Source: Candidatus Obscuribacterales bacterium
Lineage (GTDB): Bacteria; Cyanobacteriota; Vampirovibrionia; Obscuribacterales; Obscuribacteraceae
Length of the DNA: 64,000 bases
Reading direction: 5' to 3'
Assembly: GCA_965228855.1 (NCBI GenBank)
Contig: CBDDIJ010000002.1
Coordinates: 1-64,000, forward strand
This document shows positions 39,652 through 49,882 of the stretch, piece by piece. The position numbers and the translations under genes are program-made. The notes under the pieces were generated by a model. It had not been told where the DNA came from. It made no database searches and saw only the letters and a list, made by a program, of their open reading frames with translations. The first letter of the stretch is position 1. The number at the start of each line of letters is the position of its first letter.

Positions 39652-40728
39652 ATGAAAATCCTGCGCACGATCCACGCCGAGGACCTCGAAGACATCGCCA
39701 TCGGCGGCGCCATCCTCGGCACCGGCGGCGGTGGCGATCCCTATGTCGGCAAGCTGATGGCCCAGCAGGCGATCAAGAAGCACGGCCCGGTTCGGCTGAT
39801 CGACGTCGAGCAACTGCCCGACGGCGCGCTGGTCGTGCCGGTGTGCATGATGGGCGCGCCGACGGTGATGACCGAGAAGCTGCCGCAGGGCGACGAGTTG
39901 ATGAACGCCTTCCGCCAGCTCGAACAGCTGCTCGGCCGCAAGATCGACGCGGTGCTGTGCGGCGAGGCCGGTGGAGTCAACTCGACGACGCCGTTCGTGG
40001 TCGCCGCTGCCAGCGGCCTGCCGCTGGTCGACGGCGACGGCATGGGCCGCGCCTATCCCGAATTGCAGATGGTGACGTTCACCATGCACGGCGTGTCGGC
40101 GACGCCGATGGTGCTGTGCGACGACAAGGGCAACTCGATCGTGCTGGAGACAGTGAGCAACGCCTGGACCGAAAGGCTGGCGCGCGCCGCGACCGTCGAG
40201 ATGGGCGGATCGGCGCTGCTCGCCTTCTATGCCATGAGCGGCGCGGTGGCCAAGAAGGCGGTGGTGCGCGGCACGCTGTCTCTGTGCTCCAAGCTCGGAC
40301 AGACCTTGCGGGAAAGCCGCGCCGCCCATGGCGACCCGGTGGCGGCGGTCGCCGAACTGCTCGACGCCAAGGTGATCTTTCACGGCCGCGTCAAGGACAT
40401 CGACCGGCGCACGGTCGGCGGCTTCGCACGCGGCACCGCCAGCTTCGACGGCGTCGAGGAATGGAAAGGACACAGCTTCAAGCTGGAGTTCCAGAACGAA
40501 TTCCTGATCGCCCATCGCGACGGCAAGGTGCTGGTGACGACGCCCGACCTGATCACGCTGGTCGAGGCCGAGAGCGGCAATCCGGTGACGGCTGATTCTA
40601 TCCGCTACGGGCTGCGCCTCGTCGCGCTGGCCTTCCCGTGCAACCCGCAATGGCAGAGCGAGGCGGGCATCAGGCTGGTCGGCCCGCGCTACTTCGGCTA
40701 CGACGTGGACTATACGCCCTACGTCTGA
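39652..40728 (+). CDS. DUF917 family protein (second paralog)
   Basis: GGAILGTGGGGDPY, EAGGVN, DGDGMGRAYPELQM, FQNEF, TPDLI. Confidence 0.9.
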   Translation: MKILRTIHAEDLEDIAIGGAILGTGGGGDPYVGKLMAQQAIKKHGPVRLIDVEQLPDGALVVPVCMMGAPTVMTEKLPQGDELMNAFRQLEQLLGRKIDAVLCGEAGGVNSTTPFVVAAASGLPLVDGDGMGRAYPELQMVTFTMHGVSATPMVLCDDKGNSIVLETVSNAWTERLARAATVEMGGSALLAFYAMSGAVAKKAVVRGTLSLCSKLGQTLRESRAAHGDPVAAVAELLDAKVIFHGRVKDIDRRTVGGFARGTASFDGVEEWKGHSFKLEFQNEFLIAHRDGKVLVTTPDLITLVEAESGNPVTADSIRYGLRLVALAFPCNPQWQSEAGIRLVGPRYFGYDVDYTPYV

Positions 40729-40899
40729 ACTCCACCACTGGCCCCGCCCGAGGCGTGATGCAACCGCGCCGGGAAAATGCTTTCCTCGGCAACAACTGAT
40801 GCCTTTCCGGCATCACCCCTGATCATAATCTGTTCCAGCGTGCAGCAATAAATCGCGTTAACGTTGCTTCCAACCGAAGCATCTTTGGGCGAGGCTGCA

Positions 40900-42564
40900 A
40901 TGCAGTTATTGTCGTCGAGAACTTTTGTTTACGGTTTTTTTACCACGTTATTCGTGGGAGTGAACCCGATCCCGGCCATAGCCGACGGCTGCTTCTCGGC
41001 GCCGTATTCATGCTATCCGCCCGGTGACATCTCTCCGCAGACACCGCGCCAGTACGCACCGCTGGCGAGCGCCTACGCCGACATGGCGTGGCTCGATTTC
41101 CTGGCGCTGAACTCTCCGGCGGCGACCGACGCGTCGGGCAACTACCTGCCGCAGCCGAGCACCGTGAACGGCCTCAACTACAATGCCGGCAACTACGTCG
41201 CGGTATGGCAGACCTGGACCGAGGCGCGCGAGCTGTTCCTGCCCAACGGCGCGAAACCCGACCCGTTCGGCTCCGGCCACGACCTGCCGGCCGCCTGCCA
41301 ATCGCTCGGACGGCCCGATGTCACCATGCTGCTCAGCCGGTCGTCGAAGGCCGGCGAAGTGGCCGCGCACGACACAACCAAGGACAAGGTCGGCGCGCCG
41401 AAGACACAGGCGCAGGTACTGGACGAATATGTGCAGGCGCTGCGCATGGGACCGGTCGTCGATCAGAACGGCCAGTACGTCCGCTTCGGCCTCAACTTCA
41501 ACGGCACGATGTACGATTATGTCGTCGACAACGTGCTGTACAACAAGGAAGGCCAGGAAGCCTTCGACAGAGACGATCCCAACCGCGACAAGAACCCGGT
41601 CGACTGGCCGCGCGGGCAGTATCAGGGCGCGGTCGGCTCGATATTCGTCAAATCGTCGTGGAAGATCCTCGGCAATGGCGACAATCCGGCGCTGTTCTCG
41701 CGGGTCACCGCCTACATCTACGACGAGGCGGGCGGGCCGTTCGGCGACGAGCCGACCGTCATCGAGAAGTGCGAGGTCAAGGAGGTCGGGCTTGTCGGCT
41801 TCCACATCGTCCATCGCAGCAACTCGGCGCCGCAATGGGTGTGGTCGACCTTCGAGCATTACTACAACGCGCCCTGGCTGGTCGACTTCCGAGCCGGCAC
41901 GCCGCCGTGGAAATACAGCTTCTTCAACCAGGCCACCTGCCCGCCGGTCGGCGGCTTGCCGTCATGCGCCTACAATTCGGTGCCGGCACAGCCGTGGAAC
42001 CCGCAGCGGCCCGGCCAGGCGCCGACCCAGATCGTGCGGATCGCCGCGCCCGGCGAATACGCCGAGAGCGCCAACAGCGTCTACCAGAACGCCTTGCGCA
42101 TGTCGTTCGGCGGCACGGTGTGGGAGAACTACTTCCTCGTCGACGTGCAGTTCCCGACGGTGGTGGACGTGGTCAATCCGGGGACCGGGCTCGCCAACGA
42201 GAACCCTGCCTATCCCGACGGCGTGCCGTCGCCGTCCTTCCTCGCCAACTCGACGCTGGAGACCTACATCCAGGGCGTCGGCGAGGGCGCCGTGACGACC
42301 AACGGCAACGCCGTTCCCTATGACGACCAGATGCAGAACATCATCGTCAGAGGTCCCGTCGTGAATCCGTTCCAGCCCAGCATCTTCAACCAGTCCGGCG
42401 GTTCCGAAAGGCTGACGTCGAGTTGCGTCAGCTGCCACTACGACGCCGCCATGACCACCGGCACCAACGCGAACTTCGTGTTCTCGCTGAGCCGCGCGCA
42501 GAGCACCCAGACCAGCGCGACCGAGCCGACGGCCGAACCCGCCGCCGACAAGCCCGCGCAATAG
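40900..42564 (+). CDS. Exported protein with a single C-terminal CxxCH (putative c-type cytochrome)
   Basis: Signal peptide; GLVGFHIVH, WVWSTFEH, LANSTLETY, SSCVSCH. Confidence 0.7.
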   Translation: MQLLSSRTFVYGFFTTLFVGVNPIPAIADGCFSAPYSCYPPGDISPQTPRQYAPLASAYADMAWLDFLALNSPAATDASGNYLPQPSTVNGLNYNAGNYVAVWQTWTEARELFLPNGAKPDPFGSGHDLPAACQSLGRPDVTMLLSRSSKAGEVAAHDTTKDKVGAPKTQAQVLDEYVQALRMGPVVDQNGQYVRFGLNFNGTMYDYVVDNVLYNKEGQEAFDRDDPNRDKNPVDWPRGQYQGAVGSIFVKSSWKILGNGDNPALFSRVTAYIYDEAGGPFGDEPTVIEKCEVKEVGLVGFHIVHRSNSAPQWVWSTFEHYYNAPWLVDFRAGTPPWKYSFFNQATCPPVGGLPSCAYNSVPAQPWNPQRPGQAPTQIVRIAAPGEYAESANSVYQNALRMSFGGTVWENYFLVDVQFPTVVDVVNPGTGLANENPAYPDGVPSPSFLANSTLETYIQGVGEGAVTTNGNAVPYDDQMQNIIVRGPVVNPFQPSIFNQSGGSERLTSSCVSCHYDAAMTTGTNANFVFSLSRAQSTQTSATEPTAEPAADKPAQ

Positions 42565-42596
42565 ACGTCGCAGCAAGCGTTCGAGGAGCGCACGCC

Positions 42597-43217
42597 ATGA
42601 CCTTAGACCGCCGCCAGATCATCAAGGGTGCCGGAACGCTGGGCGGGGTGCTGCTGGCGCAGAACCTGCCGCTCTGGGCCCATGCCGACGTGCGGCCGAC
42701 GGCGGCCGCCCCGGGCACCTTCATCATGATGTGCTCGGCGCTGACCGGCATCCCGCCGGGCTCGCTGCAGCCGGTCGTGTCGGAAGACAACCTGCCGATC
42801 GCCGACGTCTATTTCTACGCCCTGCAGTCCGGCAGCCCGGCCTATTGGTCGCAGTTGCTGACCGCCTACAACACATACGCCAACCAGGGCATGAGCCCGC
42901 AGCAGATCGCCCAGGCGATGCTGGCGGTCAACAACCAGATGCGCGTCGACTATGTCGGCACGCTGTCGCGGCTGACGGCGATGATGTGGATGTTCGGCGG
43001 CTGGTACGGCGCGCTGGAGAACAGCAACAATTCGAAATACGCGCCGGCCTGGCTGGCGCCCGGCTACCTGACCGACATGGTGCTGTCGTCGCGCGCCTAC
43101 AAGACCGGCTGGGTCTGGCGCGTCGCTCAGGCCCATCCGATGGGCTTCAGCCAGTTCGCCTTCGGCAGCTGGGCCGACGAGCCACCCACCCTTTCCGACT
43201 ACGGCGTCATCTCCTGA
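42597..43217 (+). CDS. Tat-exported small subunit of an FAD sugar dehydrogenase (putative)
   Basis: DRRQIIKG twin-arginine signal, SALTG, HPMGFS...FGSWADEP C-terminus typical of sorbitol/glucose dehydrogenase small subunits. Confidence 0.7.
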   Translation: MTLDRRQIIKGAGTLGGVLLAQNLPLWAHADVRPTAAAPGTFIMMCSALTGIPPGSLQPVVSEDNLPIADVYFYALQSGSPAYWSQLLTAYNTYANQGMSPQQIAQAMLAVNNQMRVDYVGTLSRLTAMMWMFGGWYGALENSNNSKYAPAWLAPGYLTDMVLSSRAYKTGWVWRVAQAHPMGFSQFAFGSWADEPPTLSDYGVIS

Positions 43218-43261
43218 CGCCAGCGACCATCCGACCGTACCCGGCTCAACGGAGCTCAGCC

Positions 43262-45082
43262 ATGGCAAATTCGGGTCCCTACGACATCGTCATCGTCGGC
43301 GCAGGCTATGCCGGCGCCAACCTCGCCTATCTGCTGGCGCTGGCGAAGAAGCGCGTGCTGATCGTCGAATCCGGCCCGGAAGCACCGCACAGCCGCGAAG
43401 ACTACATGGAGAACTTCTACCTCAACACGTTCAAGTCGCCGTCGTCACCCTACCCGCCGAACGACAACGCGCTCGACCCGTCGCACACCAACCTGCCGCG
43501 ACCGACCATCCAGGCGCTGGTCGAAGCCTGGAACGATCCCTCGAAATCCTATTTCGAATACACATCCGGTTCAGATGCGTTCGCCAGTACTTACGAAAGA
43601 CTGTCCGGCGGCACCGGCAACCACTGGATGGGCACCTGCCTGCGCATGCTGTCCAACGACATGAAGCTGAACACGCTTTACAAGCAGGGCCGCGACTGGC
43701 CGATCGACTATTCCGACCTGATGGACGCCTATGGCCAGGCCGAATACCTGATCGGCGTGTCGGCCGATGTCGACGAGCAGCAGAAGGTCGGAACGGTCTT
43801 CCCGCCCGACTACCAGTATCCGATGCCGGCGCTGCCGAAGTCGGTCAACGACAAGGTGTTCGACAAGATCGTCGGACCGCCGCTCACCTCCGAGCAATAT
43901 TCGATCAACGCGACGCTGGTGACGGCGACACCAGCCGGGCGCAATTCCCGGCCCTACCAGAACCGGCGCGTCTGCCACGGCAACACCAATTGCACGCCGA
44001 TGTGCCCGATCCAGGCGAAGTACGACCCGACGATCACACTCAGCCTGGCGCTGGACACCGGCTATGTCGACGTCATCTACAAGAGCGTGGTCGACTACAT
44101 CACCGTGGACGGCGGCGGCAACGTCAACGGCGTGCACTACAAGACCTTCACCGACATGAACGTGCCAGCGACGAGCGGCCAGACCGGCGAGGGCTGGGCC
44201 TACGGCACGATCTACGCGCTGGCCGCCCATTCGGTCGAGAACGCCAAGATCCTGCTCAACTCGGCGCGCGTCACCGGCGTTCGCATCGCCAACAAGAGCG
44301 ATCAGGTCGGCCGCAACCTGATGGACCACCCGGTCTACCTGGCGTGGGGCCTGATGCCGTCGAGCAGCCGCAACTACCCCTATCGCGGGCCGATCTCCAC
44401 CTCGGGCGTCGAGTCGCTGCGGGACGGGCCGTTCCGCGTCAACCGCGCAGCCTGGCGCATCGAGATCGGCAATGAAGGATGGAACTGGCCGACGACCGAT
44501 CCCTACACCACCGCGCAGGACTATCTCTACGGCACCAACAATGGCGGTCTCAACGAGGTCAGCAGCATCTACGGCAACGTCAAATACCTGGCGACGCTGA
44601 ACGACCTTTTCACCCGGCAGTTCCGCGTCGGCTACCTGGTCGAGCAGGACGCTCAGCCCGGCAACCGCGTGCAATTGTCGACCACGCTGACCGACAATCT
44701 CGGCATTCCCCGCCCGCTGGTGACCTACAATCTGTCGAACTACACAAAGGCCGGTTTCCAGCAGGCGCGCGCCGCAACCTCGGAGTTGATCAACCGCCTG
44801 GACGCCGTCGAATACACCAGCAAGAAACCCGCTTCGGGAACCAACTTCGACTACAACGGCCAGAACTACAATTTCCAGGGCGCCGGCCATCTCTGTGGCA
44901 CGCATGTGATGGGCACGGATTCGTTCACCTCCGTGGTGAATTCATTCCAGCGCTGCTGGGACCACCAGAACCTCTATCTGGTGGGCTGCGGCTCGATGCC
45001 GAGCATCGGCACGGAAAACCCGACGCTCACCATGGTGGCGCTGACCTGGCGCACGGCGCAGGAGATGATCGCGCGGCTGTAG
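43262..45082 (+). CDS. GMC family FAD oxidoreductase (dehydrogenase large subunit)
   Basis: IVGAGYAG, GGTGNHWMG, CHGNTNCTPMCP Cys cluster, VGRNLMDHP, GHLCGTHVMG, NPTLT. Confidence 0.9.
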   Translation: MANSGPYDIVIVGAGYAGANLAYLLALAKKRVLIVESGPEAPHSREDYMENFYLNTFKSPSSPYPPNDNALDPSHTNLPRPTIQALVEAWNDPSKSYFEYTSGSDAFASTYERLSGGTGNHWMGTCLRMLSNDMKLNTLYKQGRDWPIDYSDLMDAYGQAEYLIGVSADVDEQQKVGTVFPPDYQYPMPALPKSVNDKVFDKIVGPPLTSEQYSINATLVTATPAGRNSRPYQNRRVCHGNTNCTPMCPIQAKYDPTITLSLALDTGYVDVIYKSVVDYITVDGGGNVNGVHYKTFTDMNVPATSGQTGEGWAYGTIYALAAHSVENAKILLNSARVTGVRIANKSDQVGRNLMDHPVYLAWGLMPSSSRNYPYRGPISTSGVESLRDGPFRVNRAAWRIEIGNEGWNWPTTDPYTTAQDYLYGTNNGGLNEVSSIYGNVKYLATLNDLFTRQFRVGYLVEQDAQPGNRVQLSTTLTDNLGIPRPLVTYNLSNYTKAGFQQARAATSELINRLDAVEYTSKKPASGTNFDYNGQNYNFQGAGHLCGTHVMGTDSFTSVVNSFQRCWDHQNLYLVGCGSMPSIGTENPTLTMVALTWRTAQEMIARL

Positions 45083-45142
45083 GCTCGCAGAGCTGGCGGG
45101 CGACGGTATCGCGTCGCTCCGAACGCTGCTCAGGGATGCGGC

Positions 45143-46075
45143 TCAGGCGGTGCGCCGTGCCGCTTCCGTCGCCGATCCCTGTCCCGAAAGGCCGGCGTCG
45201 GCCAGCGATGCGGCAAGCGCTTGCGCATCGGCCGCGCCAAGCGGCGACAGCGGCGGCATGGTGCGCGACCAGCCGGCCTTGCCGGAACTCCAGGCGAGCG
45301 CGGCCTTCACCGAAGCGACCAGCGGGAACTTCGCGATCAGGCCGCGCAGTTCGACAGCTTTCGCCAGCCCGGCAGGCTGCGCCTCGCCCGACCCGCTCCA
45401 AGCGGCCTGCGCGAACGGGCCGGTGAGGTTGGCAGTGGCCGAAATGCAGCCGGCGAAACCGAGTTCCTTTGCCCGGCCGAGTGCGCCCTCGGCGCTTGGG
45501 AATACCGCGAAACCAGGCAGCGCCGAAGCCAGCCCGGCGGAGTAGTCGAGGTCGCCCGAACTGTCCTTCAGGCCAAGCACCGTGTCGGGGAAAGTTTCGC
45601 GCAAACGCCTCACGACATCCGGCGCGAACGGCACGCCGGAATTGGCCGGGAAGTGGTAGAGATAAAGCGGCAGGCCGGCGGCGCCGACGCGGCCGATCAG
45701 CGCTGCCAGATAGGCGTAGAGCCCCTCGGCATCGAGCCCCTTGTAGTAGAAGGGCGGCAGGACGAGCGCGCCGGCGAAGCCGAGCGATTTCGCCTCCGCC
45801 GTCAGCCGCGCTGTATCATCCAGCGCGGCCGTGCCGGTGCCAACCATGAAACGCCGCAGGTCGAGACCCGACCGCGCCACCGCGCGCATCGCGGCGATGC
45901 GTTGGTCGACGCCGAAGGACGTCGCCTCCCCGGTCGTGCCGAGGAGGTTGATGCCGTCGCAGCCGCCGTCGCCCAGCAGATATCCGCAATGCTCGACCAG
46001 ACCTTCGAGATCGATCGACAGGTCGTCGCGGAGCGGCGTGGCGGCGGCGGCGATCACGCCGTGCAATGCGGTCAT
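45143..46075 (-). CDS. Dihydrodipicolinate synthase family lyase/dehydratase
   Basis: LGTTGE, LPPFYYK, YLYHFP, GLKDSSGD. Confidence 0.9.
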   Translation of the reverse strand: MTALHGVIAAAATPLRDDLSIDLEGLVEHCGYLLGDGGCDGINLLGTTGEATSFGVDQRIAAMRAVARSGLDLRRFMVGTGTAALDDTARLTAEAKSLGFAGALVLPPFYYKGLDAEGLYAYLAALIGRVGAAGLPLYLYHFPANSGVPFAPDVVRRLRETFPDTVLGLKDSSGDLDYSAGLASALPGFAVFPSAEGALGRAKELGFAGCISATANLTGPFAQAAWSGSGEAQPAGLAKAVELRGLIAKFPLVASVKAALAWSSGKAGWSRTMPPLSPLGAADAQALAASLADAGLSGQGSATEAARRTA

Positions 46076-46101
46076 GGCTGTGGAGTCCTTCTGGTCAGTG
46101 G

Positions 46102-47538
46102 TCAGGGCAGCGTGTAGGCCGTCTTGACCGTCGTGTAGAATTCGGCGGCGTAGCGCCCTTGCTCGCGCGGTCCGTAGGACGAGCCTTTGCGGCCCCCGAA
46201 CGGCACGTGGTAGTCGACACCGGCGGTCGGCAGATTGACCATCACCATGCCGGCCTGGGCGTTGCGCCGGAAATGGCTGGCGTGCTTCAGGCTGGTGGTG
46301 CAGATGCCGGCCGACAGGCCGAAGGCGGTGTCGTTGGCGGCGGCGAGGGCCTCGTCATAGCCGGAGACGCGCTGCACGCCGGCCACCGGCCCGAAGATTT
46401 CCTCGCGGTTGATGCGCATGTCGGCGGTAACGTCGGTGAACAACGCCGGCTGCAGGTAGAAACCCTGCTTGTCCTTGCCGAGGCGTTCGCCACCCCAGGC
46501 GAGGTTCGCACCTTCCTTCTTGCCGATCTCGACATAGGAAAGATCCTGGTCGAGCTGAGACTGGTCGACGACCGGGCCGATGTGGGTACCGGCCTTCAGC
46601 GCGTCGTCGATGACGAGGCCTGACAGGCGCTCCTTCATTGCTGCCACGAAACGATCGTGGACACCATCCTCGACGATCAGGCGCGACGACGCGGTGCAGC
46701 GCTGGCCGGTAGAGAAAAACGCACCGTTCACGCAGGCTTCGACCGCGGTCTTCAGATCCGCGTCGGCGAGCACCACCATCGGATTCTTGCCGCCCATTTC
46801 GAGCTGGACCTTGCGCATATGGTCGATGCTGGCGACGGCGACCTTCCGGCCGGTCGCGACCGAGCCGGTGAAGGTGATGGCGTCGATGTCAGGGCTGTTC
46901 AGCATGGCGTCGCCGACGACCGAGCCGCGGCCCATGACGAGGTTGAACACGCCAGCGGGGACGCCGGAACGCGCGATGATGTCGGCCAGCGCCCAGGCGG
47001 AGCCCGGTACCAGATCGGCGGGCTTGAACACAACGGTGTTGCCGTAGGCGAGCGCCGGCGCGATCTTCCATGCGGGGATGGCGATCGGGAAGTTCCACGG
47101 GGTGATGATGCCGACGACGCCGACCGGCTCGCGCGTCACCTCGACCTCGATGCCGGGACGCGTCGACGGCAGCTTCTCGCCAGCCAGCCGAAGGGTCTCA
47201 CCGGAGAAGAAGCCGAAGATCTGGCCGGCGCGCACGACCTCGCCGATCGCCTCGGGAAGGGCCTTGCCCTCCTCGCGCGCCAGCAGGCGGCCGAGCTCGT
47301 CGCGGCGGGCGAGAATCTCGTCGCCGATCTTCTTCAGGACGTCATGACGCTCCTGGATGCCGGAGCGCGACCAAGAAGGCAGCGCCGCCTTGGCGGCGGC
47401 GATCGCCTCCAACGCATCCTCGCGCGAGGCGCGGACATAGGCGCCGACCACGTCGCTGGTGTCGGAGGGGTTGATGTTGTCGGCGGCGTCGGCCGCCTCG
47501 GTCCAGCGGCCGGCGATGAAATTCTGATGAACTGTCAT
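46102..47538 (-). CDS. Aldehyde dehydrogenase (alpha-ketoglutarate semialdehyde dehydrogenase-like)
   Basis: ITPWNFP, FTGS, LEMGGKNP, GQRCTA, EEIFGP. Confidence 0.92.
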   Translation of the reverse strand: MTVHQNFIAGRWTEAADAADNINPSDTSDVVGAYVRASREDALEAIAAAKAALPSWSRSGIQERHDVLKKIGDEILARRDELGRLLAREEGKALPEAIGEVVRAGQIFGFFSGETLRLAGEKLPSTRPGIEVEVTREPVGVVGIITPWNFPIAIPAWKIAPALAYGNTVVFKPADLVPGSAWALADIIARSGVPAGVFNLVMGRGSVVGDAMLNSPDIDAITFTGSVATGRKVAVASIDHMRKVQLEMGGKNPMVVLADADLKTAVEACVNGAFFSTGQRCTASSRLIVEDGVHDRFVAAMKERLSGLVIDDALKAGTHIGPVVDQSQLDQDLSYVEIGKKEGANLAWGGERLGKDKQGFYLQPALFTDVTADMRINREEIFGPVAGVQRVSGYDEALAAANDTAFGLSAGICTTSLKHASHFRRNAQAGMVMVNLPTAGVDYHVPFGGRKGSSYGPREQGRYAAEFYTTVKTAYTLP

Positions 47539-47876
47539 TTTTGTGCTGCACTTTTCCCTTCGACCGCGGCCACTTCGGCATGGTCGCGATCGGTTCGATA
47601 GACGGCACTGGCGCCGCCGGGCTCACCCCAGTTGGTCACCTGCGGGCCGAAGAATTCCGCGTTGATGCGCTGGAACTCTATCTCAGGCGGCGGCAGGTCG
47701 TCCTCGGAAAAGATGGCAGCCACCGGGCAGATCGATAGGCACAGGCCGCAGGAGATGCATTCCGTGGGGTGGATGTACATCATCCGCCCACCCTCGTAGA
47801 TGCATTCGACCGGGCAGACGTCCTGGCAGGCGCCATCCTTCACGTCGATGCAGGCTGAGGCGATGACGTAGACCAC
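47535..47876 (-). CDS. Dicluster (7Fe-type) ferredoxin
   Basis: CIDVKDGACQDVCPVECIY..IHPTECISCGLCLSICP. Confidence 0.88.
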   Translation of the reverse strand: MVYVIASACIDVKDGACQDVCPVECIYEGGRMMYIHPTECISCGLCLSICPVAAIFSEDDLPPPEIEFQRINAEFFGPQVTNWGEPGGASAVYRTDRDHAEVAAVEGKSAAQK

Positions 47877-47885
47877 GCTGCACCC

Positions 47886-48665
47886 TCAACGGCCGCGCCA
47901 GACCGGCGGCCGCTTTTCCTGGAAAGCCTGGACCCCCTCGTTCTGGTCCTCGGAGGCCAGTGCCTCGACCAGCTCGGGCAGCCGAAGCATCTGTGCCTCG
48001 CGCGGCGACATGCCGGCACCGGCGCGCAGCATTGCCTTGATGGCGCGGACCGATAACGGCGCGCAGGCAAGGATGTCGGCGACCCAGCGGTCGACCGCGG
48101 CGTCGAGGTCGGCGAGCGGCACGACCTCGTTGACGAGCCCGAACCCATGCGCCTGCGCGGCCGAAATGCGCTTGCCGGTGAGCAGCATGCCCATGGCGTG
48201 GACATGCGGGATGCGCCGCGCCAGTTGGGCGATGCCGCCGTCCAGCGCCAGCCGGCCGACGCGCGGCTCGGGCAGGCCGATGGTGGCGTTCTCGGACGCC
48301 ACGACGATGTCGCAGCCGAGCATCATCTCCATGCCGCCGCCGAGTGCATGGCCGTTGACACGGCCGATGACCGGCACGTTGAGGGTTTCGCGCAGCGAGA
48401 TGCCGCCGAAACCACCCGGCCTGGGTGCTGCCCAGTATTCGAGGCCGGACAGGCTCTTGCCACCACCCTTCATGTCGGCGCCGGTGCAGAAAGCGCGTTC
48501 GCCGGCGCCGGTCAGAACGACGACGCGAACGTCGCGATCCTTCTCGATCTCCTCCCAGATGCGGATGAGCTCGGCTTCGGTGGCGAGATCGACGGCGTTC
48601 ATGCGGTCGGCGCGGTCGATCGTCACGCGCGCGACGTTGTCCCGCCTGGTGAAGAGGACGCTCAT
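47886..48665 (-). CDS. Enoyl-CoA hydratase/isomerase family protein (CaiD-like)
   Basis: AFCTGADMK, VNGHALGGGME, GLPE, AFQEKRPP. Confidence 0.92.
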   Translation of the reverse strand: MSVLFTRRDNVARVTIDRADRMNAVDLATEAELIRIWEEIEKDRDVRVVVLTGAGERAFCTGADMKGGGKSLSGLEYWAAPRPGGFGGISLRETLNVPVIGRVNGHALGGGMEMMLGCDIVVASENATIGLPEPRVGRLALDGGIAQLARRIPHVHAMGMLLTGKRISAAQAHGFGLVNEVVPLADLDAAVDRWVADILACAPLSVRAIKAMLRAGAGMSPREAQMLRLPELVEALASEDQNEGVQAFQEKRPPVWRGR

Positions 48666-49870
48666 GCCGCGGCGCCGCGCCTGTCGCCGGCGACGATGCC
48701 GGCATCGATGAGCGCCTGGATGCGCTCCGACGAATACCCCGCCTCGGCCAGCACGGCGCGACCGTCGCCACCGAGCACCGGCGGCAGGTGCCGCATGCGG
48801 AAGGCGGACGGGTCCATCGTCAATGGCGAGCGCAACAATTGCCGCGGCTTGCCGTCGACGTCGATCACCGAGCCATTGGCCTCGGTCTGGCCGTGTTCAA
48901 GCGCCTCGGCTAGGGTCAGCACGGGCGCGCAGAGCAGGTCCTGCTCCTCGAGCTTCGCCAGCCAGTGGGCGGTGCTGCCGGAGGCGAATTTCTCGCGGAA
49001 GATGGAATGCAACGCCGCCTTGTTCTCCATCTGGGTGGCGAAAGACGAGAAGCGCGGCTCGAGCGACAGGTCGTCGATGCCGAGCGCGGCCGAGATGTCC
49101 TTCAGCGGGTTGGCCTTGAATGCGCCGACCAGCACGATGGCGCCGTCGGTGGTCTCGAACACGCCGGTGAGCGGGAATGCCGCCCAATTGAGGTTGGCGT
49201 CGCGCTGCAGCAGCATCGCGGCTTCCTGCACCTGCATGGCCAGCATCGATTCGAACAGCGACACCGACACCGCCTGGCCCTTGCCGGTCTTCTCGCGCTG
49301 GAACAGCGCCAGCAGGATAGCCTGCACGAGGTGCATACCCGCGGTGTAGTCGGCCAGCGCGGTGGGGTAGATCGTCATCGGCGTGGACTCGTCTGCCCGC
49401 CGCGACATCACGCCGGACAGAGCCTGGGCGAGGATGTCCTGCCCACCCTTGTGGGACAGCGGCCCGACCGTGCCGAAACCCGAACCGAAAGCCCAGATGA
49501 TGCGCGGGTTGACCGCCGACAGGGCGTCGTAGCCGAAACCCATACGTTCCATGACCCCGGCGCGGAAGTTGCTCACCACCACGTCGGCGTCACGGACGAG
49601 ATCGAGCACCACCGCTTTGGCCTCTTCCTTGCGCAGGTCGAGCGCGATCGAGCGCTTGTTGCGGTTGAGGCTCTGAAAGACCGGGTTCTGCGGGCCGGCA
49701 GGATCGTCGGCGATCGAGGTGCGCGACAGGTCACCGGCGCCCGGACGTTCGATCTTGATGACGTCAGCACCGTAGTCGGCCAGCGTCTGGGTGCAGACCG
49801 GTCCCAGCATGACCTGGGTGAAATCGACGACCTTGATGCCCGAAAGCGGTTGAGTCTCGGATGCTTGCAT
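48662..49870 (-). CDS. CoA-transferase family III (CaiB/BaiF)
   Basis: LSGIKVVDF, GADVIKIE, NRNKRSIALDL, NFRAG, ALAD. Confidence 0.93.
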   Translation of the reverse strand: MQASETQPLSGIKVVDFTQVMLGPVCTQTLADYGADVIKIERPGAGDLSRTSIADDPAGPQNPVFQSLNRNKRSIALDLRKEEAKAVVLDLVRDADVVVSNFRAGVMERMGFGYDALSAVNPRIIWAFGSGFGTVGPLSHKGGQDILAQALSGVMSRRADESTPMTIYPTALADYTAGMHLVQAILLALFQREKTGKGQAVSVSLFESMLAMQVQEAAMLLQRDANLNWAAFPLTGVFETTDGAIVLVGAFKANPLKDISAALGIDDLSLEPRFSSFATQMENKAALHSIFREKFASGSTAHWLAKLEEQDLLCAPVLTLAEALEHGQTEANGSVIDVDGKPRQLLRSPLTMDPSAFRMRHLPPVLGGDGRAVLAEAGYSSERIQALIDAGIVAGDRRGAAA

Positions 49871-49882
49871 GTTCTCGCTGCC

